The position numbers and the translations under genes were made by a program. A stretch of DNA of 64,000 nucleotides from the human T2T-CHM13v2.0 reference genome, Homo sapiens, in the NCBI RefSeq assembly GCF_009914755.1, contig NC_060937.1. One strand, 5' to 3'. Shown here piece by piece: positions 18,001 through 32,100 of the stretch. The stretch's first letter is position 1. Each line of letters starts with the position of its first letter. The notes beneath the pieces are model-generated. The model did no database searches, was not told where the DNA came from, and saw nothing but the letters and a program-made list of their open reading frames with translations.

Positions 18001-21000
18001 ACATCAAATATAGATTATATACTGTACATAAAATACCAAAGTACCCCAAATATATATTTAATACTGTACATGAAATATCAAAGTTCTCAAACTGTATATT
18101 ATATAGTGCACATAAAATATCAAAGTACCCAAGGTATATATTCCATACTGTACAAAAATTATCAAAGTACCCAAAGCATATATTATATGCTGTACATAAA
18201 ATATGAAAGTACATCAAATATATATTTTATTCTGTACATAAAATATCAAAGTACACCCAATATATATTCTATACTGTACATAAAATATCAAGGTACCCAA
18301 ACTATACATTATTTACTGTACATAAAATATGAAATTACATCAAATATATATTATATTAGGTACATAAAATATGAAAGTACATCAAATATAGATTATATAC
18401 TGTACATAAAATCTCAAAGTACCCAAATATATATCATATACTGTACATGAAATATCAAAGTTCAGAAACTATATATTATATACTGTACATAAAATATCAA
18501 AGTACCCAAACTATACATTATATACTGTACATAAAAGATGAAATTACATCAAATATATATTATATTAGGTATGTAAAATATGAAAGTACATCAAATATAG
18601 ATTATATACTGTACATAAAATACCAAAGTACCCCAAATATATATTTTATACTGTACATGAAATATCAAAGTTCTCAAACTATATATTATATACTGCACAT
18701 AAAATATCAAAGTACCCAAGGTATATATTCCATACTGTACAAAAAATATCAAAGTACCCAAAGCATATATTATATGCTGTAAATAAAATATGAAAGTACA
18801 TCAAATATATATTTTATTCTGTACATAAAATATCAAAGTACACCAAATATATATACTATACTGTACATAAAATATCAAGGTAACCAAACTATACATTATA
18901 TACTGTACATAAGATATGAAATTACATCAAATATATATTATATTAGGTACATAAAATATGAAAGTACATCAAATATAGATTATATACTGTACATAAAATA
19001 TCAAAGTACCCAAATATATATCATATACTGTACATGAAATATCAAAGTTCACAAACTATATATTATATACTGTACATAAAATATCAAAGTACCCAAACTA
19101 TACATTATATACTGTACATAAAATATGAAATTACATCAAATATATATTTTATTAGGTATGTAAAATATGAAAGTACATCAAATATAGATTATATACTGTA
19201 CATAAAATACCAAAGTACCCCAAATATATATTTTATACTGTACATGAAATATCAAAGTTCTCAAACTATATATTATATACTGCACATAAAATATCAAAGT
19301 ACCCAAGGTATATATTCCATACTGTACAAAAAATATCAAAGTACCCAAAGCATATATTATATGCTGTACATAAAATATGAAAGTACATCAAATATATATT
19401 TTATTCTGTTCATAAAATATCAAAGTACACCAAATATATATTCTATACTGTACATAAAATATCAAGGTACCCAAACTATACATTATATACTGTACATAAA
19501 ATATGAAATTACATCAAATATATATTATATTAGGTACATAAAATATGAAAGTACATCAAATATAGATTATATACTGTACATAAAATATCAAAGTACCCAA
19601 ATATATATCATATACTGTACATGAAATATCAAAGTTCACAAACTATATATTATATACTGTACATAAAATATCAAAGTACCCAAACTATACATTATATACT
19701 GTACATAAAATATGAAATTACATCAAATATATATTTTATTAGGTATGTAAAATATGAAAGTACATCAAATATAGATTCTATACTGTACATAAAATACCAA
19801 AGTACCCCAAATATATATTTAATACTGTACATGAAATATCAAAGTTCTCAAACTGTATATTATATAGTGCACATAAAATATCAAAGTACCCAAGGTATAT
19901 ATTCCATACTGTACAAAAATTATCAAAGTACCCAAAGCATATATTATATGCTGTACAGAAAATATGAAAGTACATCAAATATATATTTTATTCTGTACAT
20001 AAAATATCAAAGTACACCCAATATATATTCTGTACTGTACATAAAATATCAAGGTACCCAAACTATACATTATATACTGTACATAAAATATGAAATTACA
20101 TCAAATATATATTATATTAGGTACATAAAATATGAAAGTACATCAAATATAGATTCTATACTGTACATAAAATATCAAAGTACCCAAATATATATCATAT
20201 ACTGTACATGAAATATCAAATTTCACAAACTATATATTATATACTGTACATAAAATATCAAAGTACCCACACTATACATTATATACTGTACATAAAATAT
20301 GAAATTACATCAAATATATATTATATTAGGTATGTAAAATATGAAAGTACATCAAATATAGATTATATACTGTACATAAAATACCAAAGTACCCCAAATA
20401 TATATTTTATACTGTACATGAAATATCAAAGTTCTCAAACTATATATTATGTACTGCACATAAAATATCAAAGTACCCAAGGTATATATTCCATACTGTA
20501 CAAAAAATATCAAAGTACCCAAAGCATATATTATATGCTGTACATAAAATATGAAAGTACATGAAATATATATTTTATTCTCTACATAAAATATCAAAGT
20601 ACACCAAATATATATTCTATACTGTACATAAAATATCAAGGTACCCAAACTACACATTATATACTGTACATAAAATATGAAATTACATCAAATATATATT
20701 ATATTAGGTACATAAAATATGAAAGTACATCAAATATAGATTATATACTGTACATAAAATATCAAAGTACCCAAATATATACCATATACTGTACATGAAA
20801 TATCAAAGTTCACAAACTATATATTATATACTGTACATAAAATATCAAAGTACCCAAACTATAGATTATATACTGTACATAAAATATGAAATTACATCAA
20901 ATATATATTTTAATCGGTATGTAAAATATGAAAGTACATCAAATATAGATTATATACTGTACATAAAATACCAAACTACCCCAAATATATATTTTACACT

Positions 21001-23100
21001 GTACATGAAATATCAAAGTTCTCAAACTATATATTATATAGGGCACATAAAATATCAAAGTACCCAAGGTATATATTCCATACTGTACAAAAATTATCAA
21101 AGTACCCAAAGCATATATTATATGCTGTACATAAAATATGAAAGTACATCAAATATATATTTTATTCTGTACATAAAATATCAAAGTACACCAAATATAT
21201 ATTCTATACTGTACATAAAATATCAAGGTACCCAAACTATACATTATATACTGTACATAAGATATGAAATTACATCAAATATATATTATATTAGGTACAT
21301 AAAATATGAAAGTACATCAAATATAGCTTATATACTCTACATAAAATATCAAAGTACCCAAATATATATCATATACTGTACATGAAATATCAAAGTTCAC
21401 AAACTATATATTATATACTGTACATAAAATATCAAAGTACCCAAACTATACATTATATACTGTACATAAAAGATGAAATTACATCAAATATATATTATAT
21501 TAGGTATGTAAAATATGAAAGTACATCAAATATAGATTATATACTGTACATAAAATACCAAAGTACCCCAAATATATATTTTATACTGTACATGAAATAT
21601 CAAAGTTCTCAAACTATATATTATATACTGCACCTAAAATATCAAAGTACCCAAGGTATATATTCCATACTGTACAAAAAATATCAAAGTACCCAAAGCA
21701 TATATTATATGCTGTACATAAAATATGAAAGTACATCAAATATATATTTTATTCTGTACATAAAATATCAAAGTACACCAAATATATATTCTATACTGTA
21801 CATAAAATATCAAGGTACCCAAACTATACATTATATACTGTACATAAAATATGAAATTACATCAAATATATATTATATTAGGTACATAAAATATGAAAGT
21901 ACATCAAATATAGATTATATACTGTACATAAAATATCAAAGTACCCAAATATATATCATATACTGTACATGAAATATCAAAGTTCACAAACTATATATTA
22001 TATACTGTACATAAAATATCAAAGTACCCAAACTATACATTATATACTGTACATAAAATATGAAATTACAACAAATATATATTTTATTAGGTATGTAAAA
22101 TATGAAAGTACATCAAATATAGATTATATACTGTACATAAAATACCAAAGTACCCCAAATATACATTTTATACTGTACATGAAATATCAAAGTTCTCAAA
22201 CTATATATTATATACTGCACATAAAATATCAAAGTACCCAAGGTATATATTCCATACTGTACAAAAAATATCAAAGTACCCAAAGCATATATAATATGCT
22301 GTACATAAAATATGAAAGTACATGAAATATATATTATATTCTCTACATAAAATATCAAAGTACACCCAATATATATTCTATACTGTACATAAAATATCAA
22401 GGTACCCAAACTATACATTATATACTGTACATAAAATATGAAATTACATCAAATATATATTATATTAGGTACATATAATAAGAAAGTACATCAAATATAG
22501 ATTATATACTGTACATAAAATATCAAAGTACCCAAATATATATCATATACTGTACATGAAATATCAAAGTTCACAAACTATATATTATATACTGTACATA
22601 AAATATCAAAGTACCCAAACTATACAATATATACTGTACATAAAATCTGAAATTACATCAAATATATATTATATTAGGTATGTAAAATATGAAAGTACAT
22701 CAAATATAGATTATATACTGTACATAAAATACCGAAGTACGCCAAATATATATTCTATACTGTACATGAAATATCAAAGTTCTCAAACTATATATTATAT
22801 AGTGCACATAAAATATCAAACTACCCAAGGTATATATTCCATACTGTACAAAAAATATCAAAGTACCCAAAGCATATATTATATGCTGTACATAAAATAT
22901 GAAAGTACATCAAATATATATTTTATTCTGTACATAAAATATCAAAGTACACCAAATATATATTCTATACTGTACATAAAATATCAAGGTACCCAAACTA
23001 TACATTATATACTGTACATAATATATGAAATTACATCAAATATATATTATATTAGGTACATAAAATATGAAAGTACATGAAATATAGATTATATACTGTA
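1..23100 (+). repeat. Layer 1: 587-bp 14-monomer higher-order repeat (A-F-G-H-I-A-B-C-D-E-F-G-H-I*)
   Basis: Unit starts fall every 587 bp (5367, 5954, 6541, 7128, 7715, 8302; 14338 through 22556); 587 = 14 x 42 - 1. Diagnostic variants: gttctcaa, ttccatac, agcatatattatatgctg, caaggtacc, aggtatgtaaaa, and the 41-bp monomer gtacccaaatatatatcatatac. Confidence 0.93.
5954..15390 (+). repeat. Near-perfect tandem duplication, period 4,779 bp (8 x 587 + 83)
   Basis: Units with identical translations at 5954/10733, 6541/11320, 7128/11907, 7715/12494, 8302/13081, 9559/14338. Shared private variants include aaatctgaaattcc, aatagcaaag (9061/13840), gttcagaaac and the 83-bp insert. Confidence 0.9.
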
Positions 23101-26100
23101 CATAAAATACCAAATAACCCCAAATATATATTATATACTGTACATGAAATATCAAAGTCCACAAACTATATATTATATACTGTACATAAAATATCAAAGT
23201 ACCCAAAGTATATATTCTATACTGTACAAAAAATATCAAAGTACCCAAAACATGTATTATATACTGTTCATAACATATGAAAGTACATCAAATATATATT
23301 TAATTCTGTACATAAAATATCAAAGTACACCAAATATATATTCTATAGTGTACATAAAATATCAAAGTACCCAAACTATACATTATATACTGTACATAAA
23401 ATATGAAATTACATCAAATATATATTACATTAGGTACATAAAATATGAAAGTACGTCAAATATAGATTATATACTGTACATAAAATATCAAATTACCACA
23501 AATATATATTATATACTGTACATGAAATATCAAAGTTCACAAACTATATATTATATACTGTACATAAAATATCAAAGTACCCAAGGTATATATTCTATAC
23601 TGTAGAAAAAATATAAAAGTACCCAAAGCATGTATTATATACTGTACATAAAATATGAAAGTACATCAAATATATATTTTATTCTGTACATAAAATATCA
23701 AAGTACACCAAATATATATTCTATAGTGTACATAAAATATCAAAATACCCAAACTATACATTATATACTGTACATAAAATATGAAATTACATCAAATATA
23801 TATTATATTAGGTACATAAAATATGAAAGTACATCAAATATAGATTATATACTGTACATAAAATACCAAAGTACCCCAAATACATATTATATACTGTGCA
23901 TGAAATATCAAAGTTCACAAACGATATATTATATACTGTACATAAAATATCAAAGTACCCAAGGTATATATTCTATACTGTACAAAAAATATCAAAGTAC
24001 CCAAAGCATGTATTATATACTCTTCATAAAATATGAAAGTACATCAAATATATATTTTATTCTGTACATAAAATATCAAAGTACACCAAATATATATTCT
24101 ACAGTGTACATCAAATATCAAACTACCCAAACTATACATTATATACTGTACATAAAATATGAAATTACATCAAATATATATTATATTAGGTACATAAAAT
24201 ATGAAATTACATCAAATATATATTATATACTGTACATAAAATACCAAAGTACCCCAAATACATATTATATACTGTACATGCAATATCCAAGTGCACAAAC
24301 TATATATTATATACTGCACATAAAATATCAAAGTAACGAAGCTATATATTCTATACTGTACAAAAAATATCAAAGTACCCAAAGCATGTATTATATACTG
24401 TACATAAAATATTAAAGTACATCAAATATATATTTTATTCTGTACATAAAATATCAAAGTACACCAAATATATATTCTATACTGTACATAAACTATCAAA
24501 GTACCCAAACTATACATTATATACTGTACATAAAATATGAAATTACATCAAATATATATTATATTAGGTACATAAAATATGAAAGTACATCAAATATAGA
24601 TTATATACTGTACATAAAATACCAAAGTACCCCAAATACATATTATATACTGTACAAGAAATATCCAAGTTCATAAACTATATATTATATACTGTACATA
24701 AAATATCAAAGTACCCAAGGTATATATTCTATACTGTACAAAAATATCAAAGTACCCAAAGCATGTATTATATACTGTACATAAAATATGAAAGTACATC
24801 AAATATATATTTTATTCTGTACATAAAATATCAAGGTACACCAAATATATATTCTATAGTGTACATAAATTATCAAAGTACCCAAACTATACATTATATC
24901 CTGTACATAAAATATGAAATTACATCAAATATATATTATATTAGGTACATAAAATATGAAAGAACATCAAATATAAATTATATACTGTACATAAAATACC
25001 AAAGAACCCCAAATATATATAGTATACTGTACATGAAATATCAAAGTTCACAAACTATATATTATATACTGTATACAAAATATCAAAGTACCCAAGGTTT
25101 ATATTCTATACTGTACAAAAATTATCAAAGTACCCAAAGCATGTATTATATACTCTTCTTAAAATATGAAAGTACATCAAATATATATTTTATTCTGTAC
25201 ATAAAATATCAAAGTACACCAAATATATATTCTATAGTGTACATAAAATATCAAAGTACCCAAACTATACATTATATACTGTACATAAAATATGAAATTA
25301 CATCAAATATATATTATATTAGGAACATAAAATATGAAAGTACATGAAATATATATTATATACTGTACATAAAATACCAAAGTACCCCAAATACATATTA
25401 TATACTGTACATGAAATATCAAAGTTCACAAACTATCCATTATATACTGTACATAAAATATCAAGGTACCAAAAGTATATATTCTATTCTGTACAACAAA
25501 TATCAAAGTACCCAAAGCATGTATTATATACTGTACATAAAATATGAAAGTACATCAAATATATATTTTATTCTGTACATAAAATATCAAAGTACACCAA
25601 ATATATATTCTATAGTGTACATAAAATATCAAATTACCCAAACTATACATTATATACTGTCCTTAAAATATGAAATTAAATCAAATATATATTATATTAG
25701 GTACATAAAATATGAAAGTACATCAAATATTAATTATATACTGTACATAAAATACCAAAGTACCCCAAATATATATTATATACTGTACATGAAATATAAA
25801 AGTTCACAAACTATATATTATATACTGTACATAAAATATCAAAGTACCCAAGGTGTATATTCTATACTCTACAAAAAATATCAAAGTACCCAAAGCATGT
25901 ATTATATACTGTACATAAAATATGAATGTACATCAAATATATATTTAATTCTGTACATAAAATATCAAAGTACACCAAATATTTATTCTATAGTGTACAT
26001 AAAATATCAAACTACCCAAACTATACATTATATACTGTACATAAAATATGAAATTACATCAAATATATATTATATTATGTACATAAAATATGAAAGTACA

Positions 26101-29100
26101 TCAAATATAGATTATATACTGTACATAAAATACCAAAGTACACTAAATATATATTTTATACTGTACATGCAATATCAAAGTTCACAAACTATATATTATA
26201 TACTGTACATAAAATATCAAAGTACACAAGGTATATATTCTATACTGTGCAAAAAATATCAAAGTACCCAAAGCATGTATTATATAGTGTACATAAAATA
26301 TGAAAGTACATCAAATATATATTTTATTCTGTACATAAAATATGAAAGTACACTAAATATATATTCTATAGTGTACATAAAATATCAAAGTACCCAAACT
26401 ATACATTATATACTGTACATAAAATATGAAATTACATCAAATATATATTATATTAGGTACATAAAATATGAAAGCACATCAAATATAGATTATATACTGT
26501 ACATAAAATACCAAAGTACCCCAAATACATATTATATACTGTACATGAAATATCAAAGTTCACAAACTATATATTATATACTGTACATAAAATATCAAAG
26601 TACCCAAGGTATATATTCTATAATGTACATGAAATATCAAAGTACCCAAACTATACATTATATACATTACATAAAATATGAAATTAAATCAAATATATAT
26701 TATATTATGTACATAAAATATGAAAGTACATCAAATATTAATTAAATACTGTACATAAAATACCAAAGAACCCCAAATATATATTATATACTGTACATGA
26801 AATATCAATGTTCACAAACTATATATTATATACTGTACATAAAATATCAAAGTACTGAAGGTATATATTCTATACTCTACAAAAAATATCAAAGTACCCA
26901 AAGCATGTATTATATACTGTTCATAAAATATGAAAGTACATCAAATATATATTTAGTTCTGTACATAAAATATCAAAGTACACCAAATATATATTCTATA
27001 GTGTACATAAAATATCAATGTAGCCAAACTATACATTATATACTGTACATAAAATATGAAATTACATCAAATATATATTATATTATGTACATAAAATATG
27101 AAACTACATCAAATATAGATTATATACTGTACATAAAATACCAAAGTACACCAAATATATATTTTATACTGTACATGCAATATCAAAGTTCACAAACTAT
27201 ATATTATATACTGTACATAAAATATCAAAGTACCCAAAGTATATATTCTATACTGTGCAAAAAATATCAAAGTACCCAAAGCATGTATTATATACTGTAC
27301 ATAAAATATGAAAGTACATCAAATATATATTTTATTCTGTACATAAAATATCAAAGTACACTAAATATATATTCTATAGTGTACATAAAATATCAAAGTA
27401 CCCAAACTATACATTATATACTGTACATAAAATATGAAATTACATCAAATATATATTATATTAGGTACAAAAAATATGAAAGTACATCAAATATAGATTA
27501 TATACTGTACATAAAATACCAAAGTACCCCAAATACATATTATATACTGTACATGAAATATCAAAGTTCACAAACTATATATTATATACTGTACATAAAA
27601 TATCAAAGTACCCAAGGTATATATTCTATACTGTTCAAAAAATATCAAAGTTCCCAAAGCAAGTATTATATACTGTACATAAAATATGAAAGTACATCAA
27701 ATATATATTTTCTTCTGTAAATAAAATATCAAAGTACACCAAATATATATTCTATAGTGTACATAAAATATCAAAGTACCCAAACTATACATTATATACT
27801 GTACATAAAATATGAAATTACATCAAATATATATTATATTAGGTACTTAAAATATGAAAGTACATCAAATATAAATTATATACTGTACATAAAATACCAA
27901 AGTACCCCAAATATATATTATATACTGTACATGCAATATCAAAGTTCACAAACTATATATCATATACTGTACATAAAATATCAAAGTACCGAAGGTATAT
28001 ATTCTATAGTGTACAAAAAATATGAAAGTACGCAAAGCATGTATTATATACTGTACATAAAATATGAAAGTACATCAAATATATATTTTATTCTGTACAT
28101 AAAATATCAAAGTACACCAAATATATATTCTATAGTGTACATAAAATATCAAAGTACCCAAACTATACATTATATACTGTACATAAAATATGAAATTACA
28201 TCCAATATATATAATAATAGGTACATAAAATATGAAAGTACATCAAATATAAATTATATACTGTACATAAAATACCAAAGAACCCCAAATATATATTATA
28301 TACTGTACATGAAATATCAATGTTCACAAACTATATATTATATACTGTATATAAAATATCAAAGTACTGAAGGTATATATTCTATACTGTACAAAAAATA
28401 TCAAAGTACCCAAAGCATGTATTATATACTGTTCTTAAAATATGAAAGTACATCAAATATATATTTTATTCTGTACATAAAATATCAAAGTACACCAAAT
28501 ATATATTCTATAGTGTACATAAAATATCAAAGTACCCAAACGATACATTATAAACTGTACATAAAATATGAAATTACATCAAATATATACTATATTATGT
28601 ACATAAAATATGAAAGTACATCTAATATAGATTATATACTGTACATAAAATACCAAAGTACCCCAAATAAATATTTTATACTGTACATGCAATATCAAAG
28701 TTCACAAACTATATATTATATACTGTACATAAAATATCAAAGTATAGAAGGTATATATTCTATACTGTACAAAAAATATCAAAGTACCCAAAGCATGTAT
28801 TATATACTGTACATAAAATAGGAAAGTACATCAAATATATATTTTATTCTGTACATAAAATATCAAAGTACACCAAATATATATTCTATAGTGTACATAA
28901 AATATGAAAGTACCCAAACTATACATTATATACTGTACATAAAATATGAAATTACATCAAATATATATTATATTAGGTACATAAAATATGAAAGTACATC
29001 AAATATAAATTATATACAGTACATAAAATACCAAAGTACCCCAAATATATATTATATACTGTACATGCAATATCAAAGTTCACAAACTATATATCATATA

Positions 29101-32100
29101 CTGTACATAAAATATCAAAGTACCGAAGGTATATATTCTATACTGTACAAAAAATATCAAAGTATTCAAAGCATGTATTATATACTGTACATAAAATATG
29201 AAAGTACATCAAATATATATTTTATTCTGTACATAAAATATCAAAGTACACCAAATATATATTCTATAGTGTTCATAAAATATCAAAGTACCCAAACTAT
29301 ACATTATATACTGTACATAAAATATGAAATTACATCAAATATATATTACAATAGGTACATAAAATATGAAAGTACATCAAATATAAATTATATACTGTAC
29401 ATAAAATAACAAAGTACCCCAAATAAATATTTTATACAGTACATGCAATATCAAAGTTCACAAACTATATATTATATACTGTACATAAAATATCAAAGTA
29501 CCCAAAGTATATATTCTATACTGTACAAAAAATATCAAAGTACCCAAAGCAAGTATTATATACTGTACATAAAATATGAAAGTACATCAAATATATATTT
29601 TATACTGTACATAAAATATCAAAGTACACCAAATATATATTCTATAGTGTACATAAAATATCAAATTACCCAAACTATACATTATATACTGTCCTTAAAA
29701 TATGAAATTAAATCAAATATATATTATATTAGGTACATAAAATATGAAAGTACATCAAATATTAATTATATACTGTACATAAAATACCAAAGTACCCCAA
29801 ATATGTATTATATACTGTACATGAAATATAAAAGTTCACAAACTATATATTATATACTGTACATAAAATATCAAAGTACCCAAGGTATATATTCTATACT
29901 GTACAAAAAATATCAAAGTACCCAAAGCAAGTATTATATACTGTACATAAAATATGAAAGTACATCAAATAAATATTTTATTCTGTACATAAAATATCAA
30001 AGTACACCAAATATATATTCTATAGTGTACATAAAATATCAAAGTACCCAAACTATACATTATAAACTGTACATAAAATATGAAATTACATCAAATATAT
30101 ATTATATTATGTACATAAAATATGAAAGTACATCAAATATAGATTATATACTGTACATGAAATACCAAAGTACCCCAAATAAATATTTTATACTGTACAT
30201 GCAATATCAAAGTTCACAAACTATATATTATATACTGTACATAAAATATCAAAGTACCCAAGGTATATATTCTATACTGTACAAAAAATATCAAAGTACC
30301 CAAAGCATGTATTATATACTGTACATAAAATAAGAAAGTACATCAAATATATATTTTATTCTGTACATAAAATATCAAAGTACACCAAATATATATTCTA
30401 TAGTGTACATAAAATAACAAAGTACCCAAACTATACATTATATACTGTACATAAAATATGAAATTACATCAAATATATATTATATTAGGTACATAAAATA
30501 TGAAAGTAGATCAAATATAAATTATATACAGTACATAAAATACCAAAGTTCCCCAAATATATATTATATACTGTACATGCAATATCAAAGTTCACAAACT
30601 ATATATCATATACTGTACATAAAATATCAAAGTACCGAAGGTATATATTCTATACTGTACAAAAAATATCAAAGTACGCAAAGCATGTATTATATACTGT
30701 ACATAAAATATGAAAGTACATCAAATATATATTTTATTCTGTACATAAAATATCAAAGTACACCAAATATATATTCTATAGTGTACATAAAATATCAAAG
30801 TACCCAAACTATACATTATATACTGTACATAAAATATGAAACTACATCAAATATATATTATAATAGGTACATAAAATATGAAAGTACATCAAATATTAAT
30901 TATATACTGTACATAAAATACCAAAGAACACCAAATATATATTATATACTGTACATGAAATATCAAAGTTCACAAACTATATATTATATACTGTATATAA
31001 AATATCAAAGTACCCAAGGTATATATTCTGTACTGTATAAAAAATATCAAAGTACCCAAAGCATGTATTATATACTGTTCATAAAATATGAAAGTTCATC
31101 AAATATATATTTTATTCTGTACATAAAATATCAAAGTACACCAAATATATATTCTATAGTGTACATAAAATATCAAAGTACCCAAACCATACATTATATA
31201 CTGTACATAAAATATGAAATTACATCAAATATATATTATATTAGGTACATAAAATATGAAAGTACATCAAATATAGATTATATAGTGTACATAAAATACC
31301 AAAGTACCCAAATATACATTATATACTGTACATGAAATATCAAAGTTCACAAACTATATATTATATACTGTACATAAAATATCAAGGTACCCAAGGTATA
31401 TATTCTATACTCTACAAAAAATGTCAAAGTACCCAAAGCATGTATTATATACGGTACATAAAATATGAAAGTACATCAAATATATATTTAATTCTGTACA
31501 TAAAATATCAAAGAACACCAAATATATATTCTATATTGTACAAAAAATATCAAAGTACCCAAAGCATGTATTATATACTGTACATAAAATATGAAATTAC
31601 ATCAAATATATATTTTATTCTGTACATAAAATATCAAAGTACACCAAATATATATTCTATAGTGTACATAAAATATCAAAGTACCCAAACTATACATAAT
31701 AATCTGTACATAAAATATGAAATTACATCAAATATATACTATATTATGTACATAAAATATGAAAGTACATCAAATATAGATTATATGCTGTACATAAAAT
31801 ACCAAAGTACCCCAAATACATATTTTATACTGTACATGCAATATCAAAGTTCACAAACTATATATTATATACTGTACATAAAATATCAAAGTACCAAAAG
31901 TATATATTCTATACTGTACAAAAAATATCAAAGTACCCAAAGCAAGTAGTATATACTGTACATAAAATATGAAAGTACATCAAATATATATTTTATTCTG
32001 TACATAAAATATCAAAGTACACCAAATATATATTCTATAGTGTACATAAAATATCAAAGTACCCAAACTATACATTATATACTGTACATAAAATATGAAA

